A DNA stretch of 64,000 nucleotides from Eledone cirrhosa (GCA_964016885.1 OZ024746.1:79670001-79734000); one strand, 5' to 3'. Counted from the first letter of the stretch, positions 13,050-27,200 are shown. Translations and numbers: made by a program. Notes: a model not told the origin generated them from the sequence alone.

Positions 13050-14285
13050 CCACCTCCATCACCCCACAACTCCAACATCACCACCACCACCACCCACAAC
13101 AACCACCAGCCACCAACCACCACCACCAACACCACTAACACCATTGCCTCCACCATCACCACCACCATTAACAACACCTCCATCATCATTAACACAACCA
13201 TCACCACTAACATCACTAACACCACCACCACCACCACCACCACCACCACCAACAGCACCACCACCACCAACACCACCACCACCACCACCACCACCTACAG
13301 CACCACCACCACCACCACCACCACCACCACCACTAACACATTGCCTCCACCATTACCACCACCATTAACAACACCTCCATCATCATTAACACAACCATCA
13401 CCACTAACATCACAACCACCACACCCACCTCCACCACCATCAACACTACCACCACCACCAACAGCAGCACCAACACCACCACCACCACCAACACCACTAA
13501 CGCCATTGCCTTCACCATCACCACCACCATTAACAACGCCACCATCGTCATTAACACAACCATCACCACTAACATCACCACCACCACCACCACCACCACC
13601 ACCACCACCTCCACCACCACCACCACCAACACCACTAACACCATTGCCTCCACCATCACCACCACCATTAACAACACCTCCATCATCATTAACACAACCA
13701 TCACCACTAACATCACCACCACCACCACCACCACCACCACCTCCACCACCACCACCACCAACACCACTAACACCATTGCCTCCACCATCACCACCACCAT
13801 TAACAACACCTCCATCATCATTAACACAACCATCACCACTAACATCACAACCACTACCACCACCAACACCACCATCACCACCACCAACAGCACCACCACC
13901 ACCACCACCACCACCACCACCAACACCACTAACACCATTGCCTCCACCATCACCACCACCATTAACAACAGCTCCATCATCATTAACACAACCATCACCA
14001 CTAACATCACAACCACCACCACCACCACCACTACCACCACCACCTACCACAACCACCAACCACCAACCACCAACCACCACCACCAACACCACTAACACCA
14101 TTGCCTCCACCATCACCACCACCATTAACAATACCTCCATCATCATTAACACAACCATCACCACTAACATCACTACCACCACCAACACCACCCCCACCAC
14201 CACTACCAACACCACCACCTCCACCACCACCACCACCACCAACACCACCACCACCACCACCACCACCACCATCGCCATCCCCACC
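13050..14285. repeat. CCA-rich minisatellite, ~7 units of ~130-200 bp
   Basis: Conserved core ccattgcctccaccatcaccaccaccattaacaacacctccatcatcattaacacaaccatc with variable (CCA)n spacers. Confidence 0.9.
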
Positions 14286-14597
14286 AACGCATTGTTTTAA
14301 TACATCCTGTTTCACATTTCTATGTTCCTATCGTTGCTCAGTCATGTTTACTAATACATATGACTAGAAGGCAAGCAACACCAACAACACCAACAACAGC
14401 AACAACACCAACAACACCAACAACAACAACACCAACAACACCACCACCACCAACAACAACAACAACAACACAATAACAGCAACAACAACAACATCTGTAA
14501 CAACAACAACAACAACACAATAACACCAGCAACAACAACAACAATAACAACACAATAACAGCAGCAACAACAACATCTTCAACAACAACAACAATAA

Positions 14598-15085
14598 TAA
14601 TTGTTTCTACTTTTTGGCACAAGGCCAGTAAAGACCCTCAGTACATTACTGGTACTTTATTTTATCAACTCCGTAAGGATGAAAGGCAAAGTTAACCTCG
14701 GCGGCATTTGAACTCAGAACGTAAAGGACCATCACTCTACCGATACTGCCAAATAATTGGTTTCTGATTTAGGTACAAGGCCAACAATTTTGGGGGATAG
14801 GAAAGTCGATTAAATCGACACCAATATGTTACTGGTACTTTCTTTTACCAACCACCTAACGATGGAAAACAATACTAAGCTCTGTGGGATTTGATAACAA
14901 CAGTAATAACAACAACAGCTATAACAACGACGACGACGATGATAATTGTTTCTACTTTTGGCACAAGGCCAGCAATGACCCAGTGCATTAGTTAACCTCG
15001 GCGGGATTTGAACTCAGATCATAAAGGGCCGTAACTCTTTGCTGCAAAGCATGGCGACTGACCCTCTACCGATACTGCCAATACT
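14598..15085 (-). mobile_element. Cluster of three family A SINE copies
   Basis: Tail and core motifs at ~14598, ~14755 and ~14945. Confidence 0.85.
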
Positions 15086-15100
15086 TCCCCGACGATAATA

Positions 15101-15152
<52 letters not shown>

Positions 15153-15334
15153 GGACGATGATGATGACGACGATGATGATGATGGCGACGATGATGATGA
15201 TGGTGATGATGATGATGATGATTTTTGCCACAAGGGTACCAGCTGAATTGGACATTACAAAGACAGTTTACATAGTCAGTAATGGTTTTCAAAAGTCGGA
15301 TGATAGTGGAAAAAATATATATAATCACATACAT

Positions 15335-15412
<78 letters not shown>

Positions 15413-15814
15413 GTGTACATTGATTTTCTGAGATATGTTACTAACTTAGTTTAAATTTTGAGAAGCTGGGCTTCACAGAACCAGAAAGAACACGACTAGT
15501 TAGGAAGTTACAAGTACAATCCATTAACAGAACTGTAAAAATGTTAAACATTCCAAAAATTCTGCATGTAATAACTGCATGTACACATGTATAGGTAGAA
15601 AACATATGTACGTGTAGACATATAACTCAAAACATACAGATCCATACATACAATAACATGTACACACGCACACATAATAACACGCACACACAAACACGCA
15701 TGCCAACATACATATAGTTGATGTCTAAATTCCAACGAAAGAGTCTTGTCTATGTTAAAAACCGGCTGTCGCTCTCTAAAAAAATATAAAATAATGAAAC
15801 CAGAAGAATACTCA

Positions 15815-16300
15815 CACTAACTCTTCCCTCACCTCTCTCTCTCTCACTCACTCTTCCCTCACCTCTCTCTCACTTACTCACTCTTCCCCCAACTCTCTCT
15901 CTTTCACTCACTCTTCCCCCACCTCTCTCTAACTTACTCTTCCCCCACCTCTCTCACTCACTCTTCCCCCAACCTCTCTCTTACTCACACTTCCCCACCT
16001 CTCTCTCAGATTTTTTCTTCCCCCATCTCCACGACCCCTTTCTCATGTTGTCTCTTTCTCACATTCTCTTTCTCTTTCTCACTTTGTCCCTCTCTCCCCC
16101 TCTCTCTCTTCAAATCTTTCTCACTTTGTCCCTCTCTCCCTCTCTATCTCTCATCTCCCCCCTCTCTCTCTCTCTCTCTCTCTCTTCAAATCCTTCTCAC
16201 TTTGTCCCTCTCTTCCTCTCTCTCACCCATCTTCCTCCCCTCTCTCTCTCTCTTCAAATCTTTCTCACTTTGTCCCTCTCTCCCTCTCTATCTCCCATCT

Positions 16301-16345
<45 letters not shown>

Positions 16346-16480
16346 AAATCTTTCTCACTTTGTCCCTCTCTTCCTCTCTCTCACCCATCTTCCCCCCACC
16401 CTCTCTCTCTCTTCAAATCTTTTCTCACTTTGTCCCTCTCTCCCCCTCTGTCTCTCCTTCTCTCTCCCATCCCCCCCCTC
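15815..16480. repeat. CT-rich minisatellites
   Basis: actcactcttcccc units, then ~5 copies of ctcttcaaatctttctcactttgtccctctc. Confidence 0.85.
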
Positions 16481-16899
16481 TCTTCTCTCAGCTCTGCTCT
16501 ACTCTTCTGTATATATATATATACAGAAGAGTAGAGCAGAGCTGAGAGAAGGGGGGAGGGGGGACGTATACGATGGTTTATTACAAGAGAAGAAAACGTG
16601 TGAGAGGAATCTTGTGAGGAATGGTACATCCTCAATCAGCCAGGGTGACCTTTTATTTCCTGTCTTTAGTCATTTACGGCTCAAAACATCTAGAGATTTA
16701 CTTGTCATCTTCTCATATTGATGTTCCTAGTGACTCCGTCTAAAATATAAAGCGGACGTACTAACTCATTGCTGTTTATACATATGTACTTATGTATATA
16801 TATATGTGTGTATGGATGTATGTGTTTGTATGTGTTTGTATGTGTGTGTATGAGTGTGTATGAGTGTGTATGGGAGAATTTGTAAACTGCATTATGTAG

Positions 16900-17560
16900 T
16901 GTATGTACATATACATATATATACACATATATACGCATATACATATATACACATATGTACTGTATAAACATATACATATATATACATATGTACTGTATAA
17001 ACATATATATACACATATGTACTGTATAAACATACATAAATTCACAAGTGTACTGTATAAAGATATACATATATAAACATATACATATATACATATATAC
17101 ATATATACACATATACATAAATACAAATATGTACTGTATAAACATATACATTTATACACACATATACATATATGCACATATGTACTGTATAAACATATAC
17201 ATATATACACATATGCATATATATATATACATATGTGCTGTATAAACATATACATATATACACATATGCATATATATATACATATGTGCTGTATAAACAT
17301 ATACATATATACACATATACATATATATATATACATATGTTCTGTATAAACATCTACATATATACACATATACATATATACACATATGTATTGTATAAAC
17401 ATATATGTATACACATATATTTGCTGTATAAACATATACATATATACACATACATATATACACGTATGTACTATATAAACATATACATATATATACGTAT
17501 GTACTATATAAACATATACATATACACACGTATGTACTATATAAACATATACTTATATAC
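16900..17560. repeat. TA/CA-derived minisatellite
   Basis: Recurrent unit atgtactgtataaacatatacat. Confidence 0.85.
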
Positions 17561-17672
17561 ACCTATTGAGGAATATTCGACACTAACTAGCAGACTCTTA
17601 ATACACTCATACATCCATAGTATAAGTTCACATATATCCCCCAAAATATATTAAGTGATACAGGATGTATAC

Positions 17673-17713
<41 letters not shown>

Positions 17714-17792
17714 TGTCTGTGCGTGTGTGTGTGTGTGTATGCATATGTATATATATATATATATATGCACATATATGCATATATATATATAT

Positions 17793-18315
17793 ATGGTGGC
17801 TGCCAACTCGTTTTCGAGTACGGCCACTACTTTATATCCATGTAGGAGAACCCCTACCGATGCGCTGAACGAGTGTGACTTTTTAGTCCAGCCAGCGACT
17901 TGAAAACTCTGGTACAAACACTACACCCGTGACAATTATTGACACATAGTGCTGGGCCCATGGCACCATGTGACGACAAGTGCAGAGAGATCTCCAGATA
18001 TAAAGCAATGCCTGTGCCGTGAAGCTTTTATAGTGAGCAAAGGCACTGCACAAAGCCAGTCCCACTCTCTTAACCATGATGATATTTACCAAAAAGAAGA
18101 ACAAGTCAACATCATTGAATACCATCAGGGTTGCAGGTGTTATATCAGAGTTTTCTTTCTCCTAGAAATCTGCCTTGATATATATACACATACACATACA
18201 TACATACACATATATATATATATATATATATACATGGTGGCTGCCAACTCGTTTTCGAGTACGGCCACTACTTTATATCCATGTAGGAGAACCCCTACTG
18301 ATGCGCTGAACGAGT
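17793..18315 (-). mobile_element. RTE-derived non-autonomous element (5'-truncated), with its 3' ~80 bp repeated at 18235-18315
   Basis: Highly similar to 26095-26480; encodes a C2H2-like terminus CSVCTRVFKSLAGLKSHTRSAH. Confidence 0.75.
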
Positions 18316-18337
18316 GTATATATACATACATATATAG

Positions 18338-18662
18338 GTGAAGGTACGTGGCTTTGTAGTTAGGGTATTAGGGTCAAGATCATAAAGTCGTAAGTTCGAT
18401 TCTCGGTGGCGTGCTGTGTCCTTCAGCAAGACACTTTATTCCACTTCGCTCCAGTCCACTCAACTGGCAAAATTGAGTTGTATCTGTAATTCGAAGGGCC
18501 AGCTTTGTCACATTCTATGTCATGCCGAATCTCCCCGAGAACTACGTTATGAGTATGCGTGTTTGTGGAATGCTCAGCCACTTGCACGTTAATTTCACGA
18601 GCAGGCTGTTCAGTTGATCGTATCAATTGGAACACTCATTGTTGTAACCGACAGAATGCCGC
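18338..18662 (+). mobile_element. Near full-length tRNA-derived SINE, family B (Meta/CORE-like central domain)
   Basis: A-box-like gtggctttgtagttagg, B-box gttcgattc, then gtgtccttcagcaagacactttattccacttcgctccagtccactc; paralogue at 43124. Confidence 0.75.
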
Positions 18663-18689
18663 TTATCTTATATATATATGTATATATAA

Positions 18690-18774
<85 letters not shown>

Positions 18775-19694
18775 AACACGTGCCTATGCATGTGCATAGG
18801 TGTATGTGTGCATGTATTTATGTTTGAAAACATTCATAACAGACGAAAGGCCTCCAGTGAAGTTATTCATTTTACTCAGCAGTTCTAATGAGCAAGATTT
18901 GCGCTTTGAACCCATGGACGGCTTCCTGGTGGGAGGAAAACTGTGTGAACATACATAATAGTATGATTTATTAAAAGTTTAAAAGTTCTTGCTGATTGTT
19001 TTAGACAAGATGTTGTGGCATTGTTTAGACGATTCCTTTTATCAAGTTTCTGCTATAATACTGATGTAAAAACGGTTGTCTTGGAAACGCTGCCATTGCT
19101 ATTAATTAAGTCTGAAAATGATGCTCCCTACCACTTAACAAGCTATACGTGGTATTAGCACAAATTACAAATAATGTCAATTAGTCTAGTATTGTCTGTA
19201 ATATCTCAATAGATTCGTTTTTCATACGGCTCGGCTTTTATTGTGTTTATTTCCTTACATTAAGAAACGCTTTTGCTTGCGTATTTACTTACCTCTAACT
19301 ATTACTACCAGTACAGTAACTGCTGTTGTTATTGGTATCGATAGTAATAATTGTTTCTACATTTGGCACGAGGCCAGCAGTTTGAGGGGAAAATCGATTA
19401 AATTTACTCCAGTACTTGACTGCTAATATATTTCATCAACCCTGCCTCCCCCTGTAAGTAAGATAAGTAAAGTTAACCTCGGTAAGATTAAAAGCAGGAC
19501 TTACAGAGCCAAAACAAATAACACAGACCTTTTTCCTGACACTCATACGGACCAGTTTATTGCCTGTTTGTTACTATTAGTAATAATTGTTTCTACTTTA
19601 GGCACAAGGCCAGCAATTAGTAATAATAATTCTTCATAGAGGTACAGCAGGTTTTGGAAAGAGGCGTAATCAATTAAATTGTCTTCAATATATA

Positions 19695-19784
19695 CAGGGT
19701 GTCCCAAAAAATGTATACACTCTTTGATTACCTGTGTAAGTAATATTTATTAGAATAATATATACATTTTCTGGGGACACCCTG
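19695..19784. mobile_element. 90-bp mariner-type MITE
   Basis: TIRs cagggtgtccc..aaaatgtata / tatacatttt..gggacaccctg; TA on both sides. Confidence 0.85.
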
Positions 19785-20734
19785 TATTTAGTTTGAAATC
19801 TTCTTAACTGTTTAGTCAGAGAGGGATTATCATGGATTTTCTTTTCTTTCTTTTGGAGCCTATAATCTGGTGAAGGAAGTTATACTCAAACCGGTGATTT
19901 GTCTTAAATTCTTGCAGCATTGCTAACTACATCCAAGGACCAGGTCGTGGTGTTAGACTGGCTGATGAATGACGTTTACCACCTAAGATCTCTGAACACA
20001 AAGTGCCATAATTAACCCCATAAGTCATCTCGTCCGAGGGTACAGTCCATTTTATCGATCAGTACTTGACTGCTAATTATTTTATCGGCCCCGGGTGGAT
20101 AAAAAGCATCAATAATGCCAGGAAAAGCCGCCTCAAACTCAACTGTTGTCATTTCTGCTTTCTTTCAGCATCATTTCAACTTCTCTTACTGACACTTTCA
20201 GTATTCCAACATTTTACTTCAGCTTTCACATATTACTGCTCTTCAGTTCCACTATTTCAATGTTAAATTTACTTTTGTGTACTCCGGCTTCCACTCTGAA
20301 ATTCTACTTAAGACGTGCTTAAAATTTCAAGTTAAACTACCACGAATCACACCCTATTGCAATACCCATATTCCATTTTTAATTATTTTGAATTGAATGA
20401 AATTTTAGGGTTGTCTTCCCTACCTCTATTGATAAGAATTGATGACTACGTGGGTGTAGTTTTAATTAATTAAAATTCCATGGCTCACCACACTAAGTAT
20501 TTTGGCATCAACCTTAACATTTTGTTTTCCTGCAGAGCGTGTCACTGGGTAATTTTCCCCCATCCTTATGTCCTTATAACATGAAAAGTTTGGATAATTT
20601 TTTTTATTTATCAAACCTATTTATCAAAACATTATTGATGCTAGATTGGACCTGAAATCAACTAACTGTCTGTTGATTAATGATATCCTAACTAAAACAG
20701 TTAAAATGTTCTATTGATCGCAATTTTCACCAGA

Positions 20735-21415
20735 TAACTTGTTTTTATTGATAATAAATTAAAGTATAAATCATGTTCCTTATTGATGATAATGTAAAGC
20801 CAGAAAAAAAAAGGCTTTATGCCTATTGATGATAAAATCGCCTTTATTGATATGTTCGCTATGAATTTGTCATATAATTGATAATTTGATATGTTGCTGC
20901 TACCACTGAAAAATTGGTTATTACTAGTGAACTGAAATATGGATCAAATTATACAAGGCATTAATCAAGTTATTAAACGAAGAATTTAAGAAAAAAATAA
21001 ATGTTGTTTTTGTTTCTAAGAATAAAATATATTTTGAACGCACAATTTTAATAATTACGTTCTCACATTGAAATTTCATGTAATTTGTTTTCCCAATGCG
21101 TAACTATCAAAATTAGGCGTTCAAAATGTATTTCATTGGTAGACTCAAAATATGGTTAACTTTAAATTCTTTGTTAAAAAACCTGTTTAGTTTGTTCCAT
21201 ATTTCGGCTCACTAATGAGAACCAATATTTTAGTGGCAGCATCACTAATCAATAGAAATTCAAATTATCGATTATATGATTAATTCGTAGTCATTATATC
21301 AGTACTGTTGATTTTGCCATCAATAAGCAAGTAATCTATTTTTTCTGGGGTTTAGATCATCATCAACAAACACTTTGATTACAATTTAATTTATTACCAA
21401 TAAAAATAGCTTTTA
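20735..21415. repeat. Old foldback: imperfect inverted repeat with ~330-bp arms
   Basis: ttttgaacgcacaattttaataattacg pairs with cgtaactatcaaaattaggcgttcaaaa; tttttattgataataaattaaa pairs with tttaatttattaccaataaaaa. Confidence 0.75.
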
Positions 21416-21435
21416 GCATACTGAGTTTGCACTCT

Positions 21436-21487
<52 letters not shown>

Positions 21488-21495
21488 ATATATAT

Positions 21496-21584
<89 letters not shown>

Positions 21585-21592
21585 TTATGTAT

Positions 21593-21671
<79 letters not shown>

Positions 21672-21672
21672 A

Positions 21673-21705
<33 letters not shown>

Positions 21706-21735
21706 AATATATATATATACATAAATATATATATA

Positions 21736-21790
21736 CATGAGGTCATAGACATTCAATGGCTATCATCGAAATATATATAGCAGTAAATAA
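21736..21790 (+). ncRNA. 5'-truncated HHR relic related to 1418-1472
   Basis: gaggtcatag..ggctatcatc-GAAA-tatata-TA-gcagt. Confidence 0.55.
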
Positions 21791-21848
21791 AGGATTATGA
21801 GTTCATGCAATTGACTTATGTTTCGTCACTATATATATATATATATAT

Positions 21849-22037
21849 AACGAAGGAAATGTGGTAAGGAACCAGATGGACCAAAACGCACCAAAGTACT
21901 CAATATTTAGGGTAGTAGAGTGGGTAATAGGAACAAGTATGACCCCGACGGCAGAGCTCAAGCCGTTTTGACGGCTAATTCTGGAATTAGCCGTTGAAAC
22001 GGCTTGAGCTTTGCCGCCGGGGTCATACTTGTTCCTA
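21849..22037. mobile_element. Palindromic mini-element copy in (TA)n
   Basis: Same body as 1932; ~54-bp inverted arms around gctaattc-tg-gaattagc. Confidence 0.8.
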
Positions 22038-22056
22038 TATAAATATATATATATAG

Positions 22057-22139
<83 letters not shown>

Positions 22140-23342
22140 TAGATAGATATATAGATAGATCCAGATATAAATATAGATATATATATAGATATATATATAC
22201 ATATATACATAGGGTACATTTATGCACGCATGCATACATATATAAAAGTTGGACACATACAATATAAGCTTTCAAAATCATTTATATATGCTGATGTGTA
22301 GTGTGTAATAAACTATTTAGACCACATACCCAATACGGCTTCCGTTTTGAAAGAAACTGTCTCAAGCAATACAACAATATTTAGAAGAGTCTGCTATCTG
22401 GATTAAGACTTGATTGTTTACACTTTGATTGTTGCCAAAGTTAGCCTTAGAATCTTAAACTTCTAGCTGAAAAACTTTTGAGGATTGTAATAAAGGCCAT
22501 TCATAAAAAATATTGTTAATGCATCGTTTTGTTTCTGTTTTTTTATTTATTTGTTCGTATATCTTTATGCACCCCTTATATCTCTTCATGGACGCTTAAC
22601 TCTTGATGAAATCGTAGGTGCCATCGTGGGGTGCCATTGTGGTATGTAGGGTGTCATTGTGGTATGCAGCGTGTCACTTAAAAAGCTGTTGGATCATATC
22701 TCTGACCTGATCTAAACATAACCGATTTTTTTTCCGGAGAAAAAGAAGAGAGAAAGAGAAATTAGGAAGCAAATATAGAGGAAGAATTGTCCCCAGTATT
22801 ACACTGGTATTTTATTTATCGACATTGACAGGATGAAATTCAAAGTTGATCTCGGTGAGATTTGAGTGAACAGAGATGGAACGAATAACGTAAAGCATTC
22901 TATCTGATGTTCTCTGTCAATTTGTTTATTTTATTTATCTGTCTCACTTTATCCTTATTTCATTTCACATCTTACCTTTTATTGATATTTTAATGACCTT
23001 GTGTATTCTGAGCTGTCTCATCGAGTGATTTATGAAACTACCGCCCAGTTTTCTATTTGACCTTTCCTTTCACATATTATTGTCAGCTACCCCACCCCAC
23101 CCCATTTATTTCTGGGGTAATATAAGGAATACTTTTATAAGTGGAATTTACTGCGCATTTGAAACCTCGCCAAAAGAGACAAAAGTTAGTCCTTATTTCG
23201 AGCTATAGTTTTAGTCCCTCTCTCTCTCTTTCTCTCCCCCTACCTCTCTCTCTATACACATACACACATATATATATATAGTAATAATAAATACAAAACC
23301 AAAATACGAAGTCGGCTCGATAAGTATTGTATAAATAAATAA

Positions 23343-23433
<91 letters not shown>

Positions 23434-23613
23434 TATTGAAGTTTGCTTGAAGCATTGTGGAACAATAAGTAAATATCTTTAAGTCGTTTGGAAGCCTCGG
23501 CAATGCAAATGGGTAAATCTCCGGGTAACGGGGTCCGGTATATATATATATGTATATCAAATTATAAAATAAGAAGAAGTAATAGACACAGATATATAAC
23601 TATTTTTTCTTCA

Positions 23614-23710
23614 AAGTCCCGACTGTACAGTTTCGCTGGTCAGTTTGCAACAATTGCACATTATAGATGCGCAATATTGTTGTGAGGCATACCAGCTTTT
23701 CAAGGAACTC
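23614..23710 (-). ncRNA. Complete type I hammerhead ribozyme with U3-A8 core
   Basis: Minus strand: gagttcc-TTGAAAA-gctggt..(hairpin)..accagc-GAAA-ctgtacag-TC-gggactt; GUC cleavage site. Confidence 0.8.
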
Positions 23711-23741
23711 CTCAGGGAGAGAGCGCTTTCCAGACACGTTC

Positions 23742-23890
23742 GTAGCAAGTGAGAAAATCTCAAAAGGCGGAGGAAGAAATTACCACGTGATACACAGGTC
23801 AAGAAAGGGAACTAAATCCCTTGTAGCAAGTGAAAAATATCTCAGAAGACGAAGGGAGAAATTAATGCATGATACAGAGGTTACAGGAGG
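23742..23890. repeat. Two diverged ~81-bp tandem units
   Basis: gtagcaagtga..atctca..gaaatt..tgataca seen twice. Confidence 0.6.
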
Positions 23891-23979
23891 GTAGTAAGGT
23901 GGACTGAAAGGGATTATAGTTTTTGCAGTTACTTTACTTTCGGGTTAACTCAACCGTAAGAGAGTTTGAGACAATATCA

Positions 23980-24672
23980 TAATTGTTTCTACGTTTGGCA
24001 CAAGGCCAGCAATTTCCAGTGCATTACTGGTACTTTATTTTATCGACACTGTAAGGATGAAAGGCAAAGTTAACCTCGGCGGGATGATTTGAACTCAGAA
24101 TGTCAAGGCATAATGAGAGACACACATATATATGTGTATACATACATATATATGTGTATACATACATACGTATATATATTTTTTTTCACAAGCATGTGAG
24201 TGTGTGGTGTCGACCTTAACCAGTTTTGCTCTATGACTACGAGAGACAAAATAATCGAAATAATTAAATTGACTCGATAATAATAATAATAATTGTGTCT
24301 ACTTTTGGCACAAGGCCAGCAATTACTCAGTACATTACTGGTACTTTATTTTATCGACCTCAAAAGGATGAAAGGCAAAGTCGACCTCGGCGGGATTTGA
24401 ACTCAGAAGGGACGTAACTATGCTGAAAAGCATGGCGTCCGACCCTCTACCGATACTGCCAATCCACCGCCCTTGGATTATAATGCTAATAATTGTTTCT
24501 ACTTTTGGCACAAGGCCAGCAAATTACTCAGTACATTACTGGTACTTTATTTTATCGACCCCGTAAGGATGAAAGGCAAAGTTGACCTCGGCGGGATTTG
24601 AACTCAGAATGGAAAGGGCCGTAACTCTATGCATCAAAGCATGACGTCCGACCCTCTACCCATACTGTCAAT
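23980..24672 (-). mobile_element. Three family A SINE copies
   Basis: Copies at ~23980-24110, ~24290-24473 and ~24490-24672. Confidence 0.88.
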
Positions 24673-25474
24673 ATACACATGTGTGTATGTATATAGATGT
24701 ATACATACATGTGTATATATATATATATATATGTGTATGCATATATACATACTCACTCACTAACCAAAAATACATACATACATAATATATGTAAACTATA
24801 CGGCTGAGAACCTTTCCAGTGACTAGACTACAATGCTTCTCTTGTCAAATTTGGCCTTTTGCTTATTTTTTATTCCACTCTTTTCTTCCTCAAATCCATT
24901 ATCTCCTTGCTTCCTACCCATCCATCCTTCTCTCTCTCTCTCTCTCTTCCGTCTCTCTCTCTTCCGTCTCTTTCTCTGTCTCTCTCTTTCTTTCTCACTC
25001 TCTCTTCTCTCTTTATCTTTTTTCTTTCCATTTATTTTTATTTTTTATTTCTTTCTTCCTTCCTGGTTTCTTTCTTTTCTTTAGTTGCTTCCTATCTCAC
25101 ATCTCTCGCTCTTCCTCTCTCACTCTTCCTCTTCCTCTCTCTCGCTCTTCCACTCTCACTCTTCCTCTCTCGTTCTTTCTCTCTCTCGTTCTTCCTCTCT
25201 AATTCTTCATCTCTTTCTTTCCCTTTTGTCATGCTTTCCTCCATTCGTCTTTCTTCTTTTCTTCCTTTTCTTCTTTGCGTCATATTTCTTTGCTCTTTAC
25301 GTGTTTCTTTGGAAATGTTTTTGCTGTTGTTGTTGTTGAAGAATTTTTTTTTTCTGTTTGTCTTTCATCATGCTTTCAATTCTCCATTTGAATGTATGTA
25401 TGAATTTATCTGCGTATATGTATATGTATATATTTATGTATATATTCATATGTATACAGTATATATATATATGT

Positions 25475-25525
<51 letters not shown>

Positions 25526-25632
25526 TATATATATATATAAAAATATATATATATAAATATATATATATATAAAAACATACACACACACACACACATATAC
25601 AGTACATATATATATATATATATATATACATA

Positions 25633-25677
<45 letters not shown>

Positions 25678-25728
25678 TGTATATGTGTGTGTGTGTGTGT
25701 ATGTTTTTATATATATATATATTTATTA

Positions 25729-25790
<62 letters not shown>

Positions 25791-25791
25791 T

Positions 25792-25826
<35 letters not shown>

Positions 25827-26094
25827 CAGTGCATACATATATACATAACCTGTCATCTTCTACTCCACATTTCTCTGTCTCTTTCTCCTCTCCTTTCTTC
25901 ACCCCTCCCTGTTTCTCTCACTTAATTTGATTCAGTTTGCCCCCCCCCCCTCTAAAGTATCTCTCCAATGCATATCTTAGTGCAATCTTCCCAGATTGTA
26001 TACAAACATACACATACATACATACATACATACATACATACATACATACATACATACATACATTGATACATACATACATACATACATACATACA

Positions 26095-26706
26095 TGGTGG
26101 CTGCCAACTCGTTTTCGAGTACGGCCACTACTTTATATCCATGTAGGAGAACCCCTACCGATGCGCTGAACGCGTGTGACTTTTTAGTCCAGCCAGCGAC
26201 TTGAAAACTCTGGTACAAACACTACACTTGTGACAATTACTGACACATAGTGCTGGGCCCATGGTACCATGTGACGACAAGTGCAGAGAGATCTCCAGAT
26301 ATAAAGCAATGCCTGTGCCGTGAAGCTTTTATAGTGAGCAAAGGCACTGCACAAAGCCAGTCCCACTCTCTTAACCAAGATGATATTTACCAAAAAGAAG
26401 AACAAGTCAACATCATTGGATACCATCAGGGTTGCAGGTGTTATATCAGAGTTTTCCTTCTCCTAGAATTCTGCCTTGACAAAGGCTAAGGGGTCATCTC
26501 TCCCGGTGATTTTGGATGGCCATTGACTCTTAAGAGCTCCTTTGCCCTTTGACAGGTTTTGTTTTTAGTCCTGCAGGATGTCCAAAGTCACCCTCCTCAC
26601 CAAGAAACCTTGGTGGGGTTGCCAGTTTAGTCGCCAACGACCCGACCATGGGACAGGTTGTACTGGGATACATGTTACCAGTAGCACCAACTGGTGACCT
26701 GACATA
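26095..26706 (-). mobile_element. ~610-bp RTE-derived bipartite non-autonomous retroelement in (TACA)n
   Basis: RTE-like 5' motif tctaggagaaggaaaactctga joined to a C-terminal C2H2 finger (HKCSVCTRVFKSLAGLKSHTRSAHR*) and a (TATG)n tail. Confidence 0.72.
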
Positions 26707-27200
26707 ATACATACATACATACATACATACATACATACATACATACATACATACATACATACATTGATACATACATACATATACATATATACATTCATAC
26801 ATATATACATATACATACATACATTCATACATACATACATTAATACATACATACATATACATATATACATTCATACATATATACATATACATACATACAT
26901 TCATACATACATACATTGATACATACATACATACATATACATATATACATTCATACATATATACATATACATACATACATACATTCATACATACATACAT
27001 ACATTGATACATACATACATACATATACATATATACATTCATACATATATACATATACATACATACATACATTCATACATACATACATACATTGATACAT
27101 ATATACATACATATACATATATACATTCATACATATATACATATACATACATACATACATTCATACATACATACATACATTGATACATACTTACATATAC
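26707..27200. repeat. (TACA)n-derived minisatellite
   Basis: Recurrent acattgatac / acattcatac units. Confidence 0.85.

Noticed and set aside
26610-26706. HDV-like ribozyme at the RTE-derived 5' end (ccagt..gg-gtcgttggcga-ctaa-actgg)
   Set aside because: P2, P4 and J4/2 look plausible, but I could not assign P1/P3/L3 consistently; needs a covariance-model search
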